Source: Chromera velia
Lineage: Eukaryota
Assembly: GCA_018398765.1 (NCBI GenBank)
Contig: JAHBMJ010000377.1
Location: 1 to 64,000 of the forward strand
Direction: 5' to 3'
Length of the DNA stretch: 64,000 bases
The position numbers and the translations under genes are program-made. Each line of letters starts with the position of its first letter. The first letter of the stretch is position 1. This document shows, piece after piece, positions 18,139-30,028 of this stretch. The notes under the pieces were generated by a model, which worked only from the letters and a program-made list of their open reading frames with translations, had not been told where the DNA came from and searched no databases.

Positions 18139-20274
18139 CTGTATACCCAGCAAGCAACCAGCAATTGAGTGTTAAACGAAAACCGATCAAACGTAGCAGG
18201 GGGCGGTGGGGACTGGGGCAGCGGCTTGTATCCTATAATATAAAACAACGCGTCAAATATCAAGGGTGTTTACAGAGGCTGAAGGCTAGGCTATAGAGTA
18301 AATTGGCTAGTCACTAGACACAGTCACGCCGCGACTCACGCGGCAGTGCGGTCGACCCCGGCGGCCGCAAATCTACCTAAATAATATATATATTTCTGGG
18401 CATATTTCAATGTGTTGTACCCTAGCTAGGGTACGCTAGCGTAGTCTTTTTTTACTTTGATAATAAGTTTAATTCCAGGCTAGATTTTAAGAAGTTTAAA
18501 CACCGATAAGAACTCAATTCAAATTAATTTATTCAAAAAAAAAAAAGAAAATATTGTAGAAGTCCATATCGTAAATGAAACTTAAAACTTCAATGGCAAA
18601 AAGTTTGTATCTTACTAAGTTTCTTAATATGACATTAAGCTCCCTGCATACGTGTGTTTCTAAATTACAGACTGCCAGACAGACTGCCTAAGGCTAATGA
18701 CTTATTACTAGACTTATCCGATCGGAGTCATTACCAGTACGTATATTACCAGTTAAAGTTGTTTAATCATGGAATATATTTATTCACTAGTTAGTCACTT
18801 TAAAAGTAATATAATCAGGAATATATTCAGAAATATATTCCTAAATTAATTAAGGGGGGCTCCGCCCCCGGGCTACATTTTTAATTTTTTTTTTTTAAAC
18901 ACAGTTTGTGACTATAAAAAATTGGTTTTGAAAAAGATAAACAGGGGCTTCACTGAAGAAGGAAATGGAACCTGACCCTCTATGGTGGTGGAGATAACGT
19001 GAGGAAGCAGAGTGGCGTTATCTCCCATCTTTACAATTTTGTTTTTAAGCTCATTCTGATGCTGGGTAGCGATTGCTTTTTTGATTTCTTCTGTCTTCTT
19101 TTTGCAGCTTCGAAGGTGAGTCCAAAGATTGGACGTCCCTCTACTGCTTTTGGCTGTCGTCCCGCAGGAATTGCATGTATACGATTCTACAGGTTTGCCG
19201 AGCGGTGGCTAAACTGCTTTGAAGAAGTCTTGTACGTCTACTTGACTCCTAGACTTGACTCATTTTCAAACTATAGAGTTAATCGTCTGAACATATCAGG
19301 CCTCAGTCATTTCAGACTGGTATCATGGGTTGCTGTGACTTTAAGTTTGCATCTTACCTTGTGTTTGAAACTCATGCATGAAGACCCAATTTTTGATGCA
19401 ACATGTATAATTGGCTATTCAGCTCCGAATGCATGTACCGATGGCCGCGGCCGCTAGTAGGAGCGGTGGGCCGCGCCGGCGCATGCATGGCTGGCCCGGG
19501 CTGCATGGGCTGGGCCATGCATGCAGTGCACTGGATATGTACAAGCCTCTAGGCTACTCCCAAAATATTTGTTTTTATAATGTAAAAAAAAAATCATGCA
19601 CCATTAGAATGACTAAAGGTATTAAAGACTAGTAAGAATCGGACTTTAGCTAATTAATCACTTTATTCAATCACATTCAATCACTTCATGGAATAATTAA
19701 ATATATTCTAATCACAAGTGACTAAACACCTTTGTTACCAGTGAATCATATACTCTAGCATATACTATTCAATAAATTTGATAACTTATCATTCAAGTTA
19801 GTTGTTATTAAAGTTATTCAATAGTATGATTGAGACTGTCATGGTACTAGAGACTGTATCACCTAGGGCACCAATTAAATCACTATTACTATCATTATGA
19901 ATGCGTAGCATTTAATTTCATACATTGTGGTACGTAACATTAAATTAACAGTGATACCTATACTATAGACTGATACACTTAATTGTACCTAAAGCTAGAC
20001 CTAGCGAAAGCTTAATTTAAAGTTGGTGATATTAAACTGAATTAATTTAAATTAAAAACTGAAATAAAACAAATTTAAAAGTTATAGAAATTGTAAACTA
20101 ATTAAATTTAATTTGGATTTAATTACTTGAAATAATTATAAATTATACATGTGATCATTATTTTGTTTTGTAATGCAGCGTGTATCCCTGCATATAATAA
20201 ATTATACATATGATCATTATTTTGTTTTGTACTGCAGCGTGTATCCGTGCATATATTCGTACATCAATTGATGT

Positions 20275-22554
20275 TCACCCTTCTTCTGCCAGTACCAAAA
20301 TTTGTTCTAACGCTTCAATCACCCTCTTCCTCAGCATGACTCCCTTCATCATAATTGCATACTGCTCCTTTTGATACTCCCGCCGCCCGACCTCGTTCTC
20401 CACCATGACGGGAGACGTCACAATTTCGATTTTCCATCGGTCCTCTGAGTCCCCCAGCTCGTTCTCCTTCTCCTCTCCGCATCCCCCCACAGAGTCTTCC
20501 TTACCATGATCCGCCCCCACCATCTCGGGAGGAGGAGAAGAAGCACTTTGCGTTTCCCCATGCACCACGACTCCTCGGCCTCCTAAGACGCCCTCACGGT
20601 CATCAGGTACTACGAGATCTTCCAGCTGCACAGTCGGAGAGAAAGCTGCAAAGCACCCCTTTCCGCTTCCATTTGCACAGGAACCCGTGGCACAAATCGC
20701 ACCTGAAATTTCATGCGGACGAATGTGGGCCCTCTCTGTGTGTCTTTTTTCTTCCCCCGCTTCCTTTTCTTCTGGTAGGAATCTTCCTTTCAAAGAGAAA
20801 TCTTCAACTATCTGCGTAAGAAAAGAGGACGATACCGTCCTTGGCTCTGTCTCCTTTCCTCTTCCCCTTCCTTTTCTTTTCTCCTTCTCGTCTTTCGTTG
20901 CCTCCCTCTCTTTTCTTCTCCCCTCGTTCTGCTCCTCCCACGCCTCCAGGTCATACGGTGACGCACGCATGTCCAAAATTCGGGCCCGGATGGCAAGGTG
21001 TAAAGCCTCTAGGACCAGATCGGAAGGTACGAGAGGTGCCAGCTTGATGAGCCATTTGAATAAATCCATGGACGCGTGCAAGCAGGCGGGCTGCTCGTTC
21101 TCAGCCGCGTCTACGGTCTGCCGAGAGAGCTGGAGAGGATTGAGGGCTTTGCCTTCTGGGGGAAAGAAGCGATAAGCGTCATAGTGAGTGCAGCTGAGCA
21201 AACCGTTCTCCACCACCTGCATGCATACATTCGTGCATGCGTGCAGATATGAATGAAATAGAAGAACAAAAGAAAAGGGTCGCGAAGAAGATCTGAGGTC
21301 AGGGGGGAGGGGAAAACCCACGCGGGAAAAAAAGAGAGAGAGATCCCTTTGAAACAAAGAGTTGATCCCTCTCGAAACGCTCCTTCTGTTTTTTCCATCG
21401 CTCGCTTCTCGCATTTATATATTTTCCTTTTTTTTTGCTTCAAGTCATCCTTTTCCTAATTGTCCCCGACTGTTCGTTTATTTTTGTTTCCTCCGACTCC
21501 ATCTGCGCGTCCTTTTCTCTTCTTTTCTCTTTTCTTTTTTCCTCTTCTTTGCTCTTCTCTTCTCTTCGCTTCTCTGCTCCTCTCTTCTCATGCAGAGATT
21601 GCATGCAAAGATGCATTCATGGATTCGCACTTGTCTGCCTGTCAGATGCCCCACTGATCGACCGACCTCGTTGATTTTGGTTTGCGGAATCCTCAGAGGC
21701 AAATTTTGGAAACGAGAGGAGGAGGGGGGGGCTCCATCGGGCCTGTAGAGCATGGCCCATTCGTGTAAACCGAAACAGGTCATCTTGGGGGGGCGTGACT
21801 GGGTGGCTTTGAGCAGACCTATCTGCCATCTGACCGCAGACTTCCTTTCCTCAGACAACTTTCGGGGGTCAATGTAGACGGCTGCCTGTGTGGATCGATT
21901 GACGGTGCAGGCTGTGCCTGTCTCTGTGTGTGTTTGGACACAGGCTGTTGGGTTGGTTTCGATGGTTCCAGTTGAAAGGAATCTCTGCATCCTCCGACTG
22001 AAACCGTCTACTTCCGCTCGGACAACTCCCACCCCGACGCCTGGAGACCAGTGCTTGAGATCTGCAGGGTTGAAATGGTAATACTCAAAAAGGAAGTTGA
22101 ATATTGGGTGCACGCGGTCGTGCTCCAGCTTTGCCCCTTTCTTCTTCCTACTTGAACCGTTCCCGTCTCCTTCTTTCGAAGTGAACTGAGAGGGAAGGAG
22201 CCACTGCAACCTCCGACTGTGGAGGTCTTGTCTCCTTCCGAATTCTCCCAGAGACAGAACGGAATCAACACCAGCAGGCACAGGGAGGAGAGAGGAAGGC
22301 GGCTCGTCCTTGCAACTGCTTCCCTCCATCTCTGCCACCAAAGAAACCTCCGAGTCTGCCACGCCCGAGAGCACACCCCTCTTTACTGGTCTTTGGAAGC
22401 GAGTCACACCGAGGAACGGCGAAGGAGTTCTTTCTCGCCTTCCAAGCAGAGCCTTCCGTTTGTGAGCAACAATGGTGGAGCACACTGAATGGGAGCTCAA
22501 GAAAAGAAGACAGAGAAGGTACTCTGAGGTGCACCCAATCATCTGCATCCCCAA
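20275..22554 (-). CDS. Conserved protein of the family commonly labelled '3-methyladenine DNA glycosylase' in bacteria (function not established); 2 exons (22554-21667, 21216-20275)
   Basis: Motifs HPIFNFLFEYY, WSPGVG, CFGLHEWAMLYR, LPLR, CTHYDAYRFF, EQPACLHASMDLFKW and ARILDMRASPYDL were recognised from memory. A phase-0 GT-AG intron spans 21666-21217. The N-terminus is hydrophobic and then basic. Confidence 0.8.
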
Positions 22555-23032
22555 GGAGACGCCTGCAGCCTTTCACTGCCAGGCCTGCGCATTCGGATCG
22601 CACCACTCGTCTGTGAGTCTGACATATACACGCGTCAGAACGCGGAACTTCATTCAGGAAGCCTAGCTGTCAATCTATAGCATTTAGTAACATGCCGTCT
22701 ACAAGAGAATTGATGAGAATTTAAAGAGCTATATATAGGGAGGCAATGGCACGTAAAACTCTGACCTTGATTCGCCATGCATCGCGACGCGCGGCCGTTT
22801 TACGCGCGCCGCGCGGGCTCGGACCATGCATGCATGCAAGCATGCAACAGTGCAACATGCAACAAAATGCAAAAAAATATATACGCACGGACCTAGCTAC
22901 AGCTGACTGCACACAACAGTGACAACAAACCGATGCAACAACCCCTGACTGCAGGCTCTGAGCTCATGCTTAATGTCCAAACACTATGTATACACAACTG
23001 TGCCATATATATGAATACACAACATTGAATGG

Positions 23033-24025
23033 ATGTTTGATCACCCAGATGTCGATCGACAAACTACTGAGAACCTAGCTGAGAACCGCAGTCGTTTTAA
23101 AACAGAAGCTTACTTCATTTTTCTGTTTGTGCTTTCAATCAATATACTTTGGCTCAGTACTGCCTTCCTTCTCGTAGCAAAGACAAGCTCCTTTTTTCAC
23201 CTCCTGAGGATCCGTGGCGAAGTCTTCCTCTTTGGAGGGTGGCTTGTGGTTCGATATCTTTCCCTCTTACTGAAACGGACTGGAGACTCGTTCCGACTAA
23301 GCAGACAGTCAGGGTCTACATTTTGAGACTTCCATGGTACTTCGGCATTCCTCTTCTTCTGATTGGTGGCGCATCGATCTTCGTTTTTAAGGAACCGATC
23401 ATCAATTTCTTCACAATGATGAGTGTCCCAATATAACCGGTATCCTATTTGTTCCAAGCTTGTTTCGATCTCTCACTTTGTCTGCTTGATTGCGTCATTG
23501 GCTAGGTCATTGGTTGCGCAGGTAATCGAGGCTCTCAAAAAGATACTTCGCGCTTTTGCTGCTGTGGCTGGCCCAAAACAATTCTTCCAGTTTCCATCGT
23601 AATTTGCTCCCTTGAATTGAAATCAAGTTCCTGCCCTTCTGAACGCATTGCAGAATGCCGAAGAGCTTCAGAGCGTGAAGATACAGGTAGATACAGGCAA
23701 GGCAGCGCCTCCCAGTCATTATGAAACAGAAGTTTGCTTTAATCTTCTGTTTGTGCTGTCGATCTATTTTGGCTTCAACACAATCACTGCCGCTTTGGCA
23801 CTGATTCGGCTAAGCAAGACAACGACCTCCTTCCGTCTGCTAAGAACGCGTGGCAAGATCTCGCTGTTTGGAGGCTGAATCATGGTTCGATGCCTAGACT
23901 AAGTTCGATGCTTCACTCTGACGGAGAAAGACTGCAGACTCGTTCGAAACAAGGGGACAGTCAGGGTCTACGTTTTGGGACTTCCATGGTATTTTGGTCT
24001 TCCTCTCTTCTTGATTGGCGGAGCC
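23033..24025 (+). pseudogene. Internally duplicated, frameshifted membrane-protein remnant
   Basis: ~23100-23380 and ~23725-24025 are diverged copies: TEAYFIFLFVLSI...LLRIRGEVFLFGGW versus TEVCFNLLFVLSI...LLRTRGKISLFGG*. They share GACAGTCAGGGTCTAC.TTTTG.GACTTCCATGGTA. Frameshifts and a TGG>TGA stop are present. Confidence 0.55.
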
Positions 24026-24192
24026 TTATTCCGACGTACTTCTAGCTCGATTGGCTAGATAGTACGTCAGAAGGTATGTATATATATTTAAAGCTCAGAC
24101 AACTTAGCCTTAAACCACTCTTCAGTCTTCAGTTAGTGTTCAGACAGTGTTGTAGAGGTCTTTGATTAGGGTCTTTTCAAGTTTTTGTTGCC

Positions 24193-24410
24193 GAAGTCGT
24201 TTCTAAGGAAACTACTTGTACAGAGGTCCTTAGTCCAGAAGTAGTTTCCAAAGGAAACTACATATCAAAAGTCGATAGTTAGAAGTAGTTTCCAAAGGAA
24301 ACTACTTGTCAGAGGTCGATAGTTAGAACTAGTTTCCAAAGGAAACTACTTGTAAGAGCTCGATGGTTAAAAGTAGTTTCCAACAGAAACTACTTGTAAG
24401 AGGGTCTTTT
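24193..24410. repeat. Tandem minisatellite, ~44-bp unit x5, each unit containing the palindrome AAGTAGTTTCC-AAA-GGAAACTACTT
   Basis: Units start at ~24193, 24237, 24281, 24325 and 24369. Extra half-sites GGAAACTACTT occur out to ~24610. Confidence 0.85.
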
Positions 24411-24866
24411 GGAAACTACTTGTTATGGAGCTATAAAGCCTTCCAGAAGAGGAACAAGAGGTTAGAAGTCTTTATTGGAGACAACGGACGTCTAAACTTC
24501 TTAGATTGTCTTCTTAGAGGTTGTTATATGTAGAAGTGGAAACTACTTCCGAGAGTGACTGGTCAGTAGATCCTTGTTGGAAACTACTTGCCAATTGGAA
24601 ACTACTTAAGAGGTAAAAGGTTATTTTTGCTCAAAAATTCGCTTTCAAGGAAGTTCTTAATGATAATCCAAGTGCCACTTTTTGGTTGGTCCATCTCCGG
24701 AGAAGTTTAGGCTCTCGTGGAAGACTTACAATTTTCTGAGTCTTCCAACAGTGTTTTGGTTTATGCTACAGTCCATCATTTTATAATACAGGCCATCATT
24801 GTCGTTTTGGCATAGCTACAGGATATGATTTTGTAGTTTTAGTACCTTTCACATGGTAGGAAAAAG

Positions 24867-24938
24867 AGGGGTGACCGGGGATTGAACCCGAGACCTTCTG
24901 ATTATTAGTCCTGTGTCTTAACCACTATAATATACATA
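24867..24938 (-). pseudogene. tRNA-derived pseudogene or SINE head (Ile-AAT-like anticodon loop)
   Basis: The minus strand reads AGTGGTTAAGAC...CTAATAA...GGTCTCGGGTTCAATCCCCGGTCACCCCTC-TTTTT. It has A-box- and B-box-like motifs and a Pol III-type T run. The anticodon stem and 5' acceptor strand are mismatched. Confidence 0.6.
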
Positions 24939-25084
24939 CTAGGCCGCTTGCCCATTTTTATTTAGCTTAGTCTTCCTGACTCTTGTGTCTCTCAAGCCTT
25001 GAAAGTTTGACAGAACAGCCTTGATTTTCATTTTAAAATTTAAGGAAACTACTTCCGTATTGATTTGTAAGCATCGAAGGAGAA

Positions 25085-26874
25085 GGGAAGACAGTCACTG
25101 TAAAGAATGTGAAGAGCAGACAGAGGCTGGACAAGAAAACCAAGCCAGAAATGAAAGTGTGGGGAAAGAAAGAGAAGTAGACGGAGAGGAAGACAAGGAT
25201 GGAGACAGAGATGGAAACAGAGATGAAGAGGCATACAGAGAGGAAGAAGCAGACAGAGAGGAAGGCATAGATGGAGATGGAGACGGCGATAGAGAGGAAA
25301 AAGCATACAGAAAGGAGGGCATTAACAGAAGTAGAGATGAAGAAGCAGAAAGGGAGGAAGGCATGGACCGGTATGGATGGAGACGAGAACGGGAACAGAG
25401 AGGAAGAAGCAGATAGGGAAGAGGAAGAGGAAGTTTTAAAGATTGAGTGGTGTAGGGGGAGGAGGGGAGATGACGGAAGGTCAGTCGTGCATGGGGAAGC
25501 AAGGATGAAAGGGAAACTTTTTTTACCTGCAGTCATTGATTCATTCATACACTTTCTTTGTTTCTTCCATGCGCCTCGCTGTTTTACATTTTTCATCTTA
25601 ATGTTGACCTGTTTGGCTGCTTAATTTCTTCTTCTAGTTTATCTATCCATCCATCCATCATCATTCAAGAGATGGTTGACAGAAGTGCCCATCATTATCA
25701 CCTCTCCTTGCATACAAGCAATCCGATTCAGTCTTAGAGATTCCTATGCATTAGCCTCTCTGCACTTTTTACTGGCTCATATTCTCTCTTGTTCTATCAG
25801 CACTCCATCACATGCATATATGCTGCCTTCTCTCCCTGCCTCCCTCCCTGTACATGCAGGAAACCGCGACATGATCCTCCTGGCAAACAGTCAAAGGTGG
25901 TCAGTCTTCAGCTATTTCCCTTCTGGATTTTTTTCTATAAAACAGCTTTCTTCATGTAGTGAGGCCTCGATCACTTTAAGGCACCCGAAGCTGGTCAGCT
26001 TTCATCTGTACACTAGATGCAAGTCCTGCTCTTGTATGTCCTTCATCTAGAAACGCACCTGTGCGGGAGACGTCCCATCCTTCAAGCAAGATACTCGTGC
26101 ATTGATTACCATAAGCATGGATGTCAGAGGTCAGAGCAACAGAGGGAAAGCTGCACAGGGTATCATTACATATATGCTCGTGCGCCTACTGCAGTACGTG
26201 TGTGTAGGGTGTGCCTCTAGAGGAAGAGGAGGATGAGGACGAAGAAGAGGACAAAGACCGTGCAGGTACGTTTTTTTCCTTCACTCGTACCTGCAGTGCA
26301 TGTTTGCGTGTAGGCAGGTATACATCGAGAGCGAATGGTCCTGCCTGTGTTGTGTATGAATGATCTATCTGGTTTGGTCTCGGGAGGGAATTCAGGATTG
26401 AACCATATAAATTAAATCGATGTGCTTTCTTTTTACATTTTTCTCATCTTGGCAGTCAGACAGGAAGCTAAACAATAAAAAATTACCGGAGAGGTCCATT
26501 TATTTGCACACCTTGTTGCCTTTAAAAACAATAAGTAGTTGTTTTAATGTGTCTCCCTTCTTAAAAGGTTACGCAGTGATCAAGCTAAAAGATAGATATG
26601 AGAGCATGGAGACATTACTCGATGTTGTTGAGGTTGAAAAAAAAACAAGTAACCCTGCTATTCGAAAAAGAATGAAGCGCTACTTGTACCTACCTGAGTG
26701 AGGGACTGCATGCATGTGTGCAGGGGACTTGGAGTCCGAGTTCCACCAGTCATTGTCCCGTGTAGGACTGACGAAGAGGAGGATCGAAAGGGAAGCGACA
26801 GTCAATACGGGTCAGTGAAATTTAAATATTTCTCTCTCTTTCGTTTCTTTCTCTTTCTCTTCTCTCTTTTTCAC

Positions 26875-26945
<71 letters not shown>

Positions 26946-28050
26946 TTCTCTTTTTGTGCCTCTTTCTGTTTTCTGTTCTGACTAAAAGAACAACAGAGAA
27001 TAAAGTACAGCAAAATCTTTTATGCATTTGCTCAGTGTGAATGCACAGCATCATTTGTAGATACAAACGAAAAGCTCAACGCATGCACGTGCCTAGGCAC
27101 GTACTTGATTGGCTGCAGGCCCCCCAGAGAGGGCGGGAGGCCAACTGGGAAATGGAACGGATCTTGTAAGAAAGGCAAAACTTTTTCCGGCAGGATCCCG
27201 CCATTTGGGAGCAGAACCCCCTTTGGCAACTCTGAAAGTTGAGGAAAACGCCGCTGGGCCCAATCTCGCTGAGTAATATAGGGAATGCATGGTGTGATCC
27301 ATGTATGATATGCTGAAATGGTCATCTATGCGTCAAGATATGCATTCATGAGTGTTGAAGCCAATAAGTGGCTTGTGGCAGTCCGTTATTGTCAAAACAT
27401 GGAAAAAAACACCTCATAATTTCTTTCCTTCTCTTACTTAATTTGTTATGTGGTCCGATGTGAATAGAATGAATCAGATGTAGCTCGATATTGGAAACAG
27501 TGAAAAGAATATGTGAAGTCTGTGTATCATAAATTGCTATTCTTATTCACTCTTTTGTGCATTGTCTCTGGCCTTTTATACAGGAGCCCCCAAAAGAGAC
27601 AGACAAACGGAGCTGGTCTCCCAAGAGGATGGGGGATATGGTGTCCAAAGAAGCCCTGGCAAAGTTCAAACCGGCATCCAACGCACCCCCACCCCTCAAA
27701 AAAAGAATGACAGACGAGTACGAGACGACGAGGAAGAAGACAGAGGAGAAAGAGCGCATGGAAAAGAAAAAGAAGTCCGAGAGGAAGAAGAAAAAGAAGT
27801 CCAAGAGGAGGGAGAAGGATAGTGTGGAAAGGAGGGGACACACAGGCAAGGGTGGGGAGTTTTAAGAGATAATCCGCAAGTCATCAAGCACGAAGAGATC
27901 GAGAAGGAGAAAGTGAACGTCAATAATTACAAGAGAGTGAAGAGAGTCGCAAAAGGAAGAACTCAGACAGGCTTGTCGAATCTATTAAGGGCAGAACTCC
28001 CAGGTGAAAGAACCCTGTATGCCTTCAAGTATATCAAGTACTCTTCCTAG
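25085..28050 (+). pseudogene. Decayed multi-exon gene or transposon ORF remnant
   Basis: Protein-like exon fragments carry in-frame stops. Examples: 27061-27292 RYKRKAQRMHVPRHVLDWLQ...EMERIL*ERQNFF...WQL*KLRK; a Lys-rich segment at 27583-27865 ending GEF*EIIRK; an acidic repeat at 25085-25440. Confidence 0.45.
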
Positions 28051-29438
28051 TATTCTTCCCGTCGATCGATTCTATTTAGGTGAGCCTATACCCAGCATGC
28101 TTCAATCCCTTGTTTCTCAGCAACTTGAAGCTTGTTTTGCTTCACTTCGGCTTCATAGGTGATATAGGCGGTCAAAAAGGATCATCTGTGAGCTTTCGTC
28201 CTAGGCTTTCGCCCCTTCTGATTCCTCTTGCGCCATGATTTGCTCCCTCTGATTGAATCACGTTCTTGCTCTTTAAGCGCCTTGCAGCATGCCAATTCAA
28301 GAGCTTGGCAGGGCGAAGATGCAAATTATAGCTCTTCTGAATCAGTAACAAAAGAATTTTAAGCGTCCCAAGAACAAGGTGACTATGGTAGGAAGAGTTA
28401 GTATAAAATGGTCTAAGCTACTTGAAAGGCACTCTCAGACATATCTATCACTTCCCATTCACGTTTTTTCACAAGAATATTTGCAGCCACTGCTGAAGCT
28501 TATCTCTCACTTCAAGAACCGTCTGGCATTTCTGGAAAGCCAGCTATCAAAGGTAAGGATTTCTTTGTCAATTTATGAAAATCTAGGGTTCCATTCAATC
28601 AAGTCCTGGCCAAAGAAATTGGAACAAAGAAGTTACGACGGACTGACTTTTTGACATACAAGCATCAGTTTTGGCTCTCTATATCAAATTAAGTCGAATT
28701 AAGTATATTTTGATAGAGTGTATGACATGCAATGACGTGACTATTGATGATGTGAAGCCCAAGAAGCAGTGAGGCGCCTTCTGATATCTTCTGATTCCGA
28801 GGCTGACTAAATTGTCAATGATTGATCCAGCATGTTGTCATATTTTTCTTTGCGTGTATATAAGTTAGTGTGAGTATACATACACAGTTGTATCACAACC
28901 ATCCTTTTTTTTCCATTCTTTGCATGTACTGCGCTTGTCTATGTATGAAGAGTCATGCTTCTGTCTTGCGTGCTTCTGTCTGATCGATTGGCAGTGCCGT
29001 CTTCATCCCTCTAGCGTACATCCATTCTAGTTGGACAAATTGTGGACGCTGCCTGTTTGGTTCGCCCTTGTTTTCTCTTCTCCTCTAAATATACCATGCT
29101 ATATTATACGACTCTTGAAAGATACTAGTTTTAAAAGTCTTCCTAGCTCTTACATGTCTGTGTTGTTTATCTTCTTGCAGATGTGACACTATGGTGACTA
29201 GCTGTACTGCTTGGCTGACTGGTTGGGGTAGGTTAGGGGTCTATGGACTGGAAGCGGTAATCGTTGCCAAAGTGAAGAGGTAGCTAGAAGAGGCTGCACG
29301 GCCTGGGGGTGAAGCAGTATAACTGTTTTAGACGGCACTCTGACATGTCTATCTTCGAGGGTTTTAGTCATCAACAAGCCTCGGGTTATCGTCAACTTTT
29401 TTTTTGTTTCTTTGTAAAAATGTAGATCGATTTCTAGA

Positions 29439-29795
29439 CTAGGCTTCGCACTATAAAATTCTAATAAAAAAAATCAAGGACCTCATTTTTTTTTTTTTAA
29501 GAATTTTAAAATTTCAGAACAAAATCAATAGGAATACCCAATAAAAAACTAAAAAACTTTGAAAGATGAAACGAAGTAAAACGGGGTTTAGATTGAAGTG
29601 TATATACACATATTTTTAAAAGATCTATATTCTAGAAACATTTTAACACTGGTACATTCTTTTTTTTTTAATTGACAATCTCTGAAGACTGAAATCAACC
29701 GATTGAGGTACTTTTCAGTTTTGTAAAATTCAAAAAAAAAAAAAAGACTTCTATTTTTTTATTTTTTTTTTTTAATTTTTTAGTGCGAAGCCTAG
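29439..29795. mobile_element. Non-autonomous TIR element (MITE, hAT-like), 357 bp
   Basis: The TIRs are CTAGGCTTCGCACTA and TAGTGCGAAGCCTAG. The 8-bp flanks TTTCTAGA (29431-29438) and TTTCTAAA (29796-29803) match at 7 of 8 positions. Confidence 0.85.
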
Positions 29796-30028
29796 TTTCT
29801 AAATCAAGATGCCGCAAGATGTATCGGCTTTATGCAACACCTTAGGCAACAATTTGCCGTACCTTGTAATAGTAAACTAAAAAAAAACAACTTAAAAAGT
29901 TGCACAGCGTGGCCTCAACTGTAGCAGCAGTATAAAAAAGATTGTTGTATTAATATTATTTAAAGAGCAAAACAATCCAAAAAGGAACCTTACTTTATGA
30001 AATGATTATAATAGTTAAACAACTTCAA

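Noticed and set aside
20138..20255. ~59-bp direct duplication just 3' of the glycosylase-like gene
   Set aside because: A simple two-copy local duplication with no further structure evident.
24193..24410. CRISPR-like palindromic repeats
   Set aside because: The intervening ~19-bp segments are homologous to each other rather than unique spacers, there are no cas genes, and the context is eukaryotic.
24867..24938. Functional tRNA-Ile gene
   Set aside because: The anticodon and acceptor stems do not pair, so it is kept only as a pseudogene.
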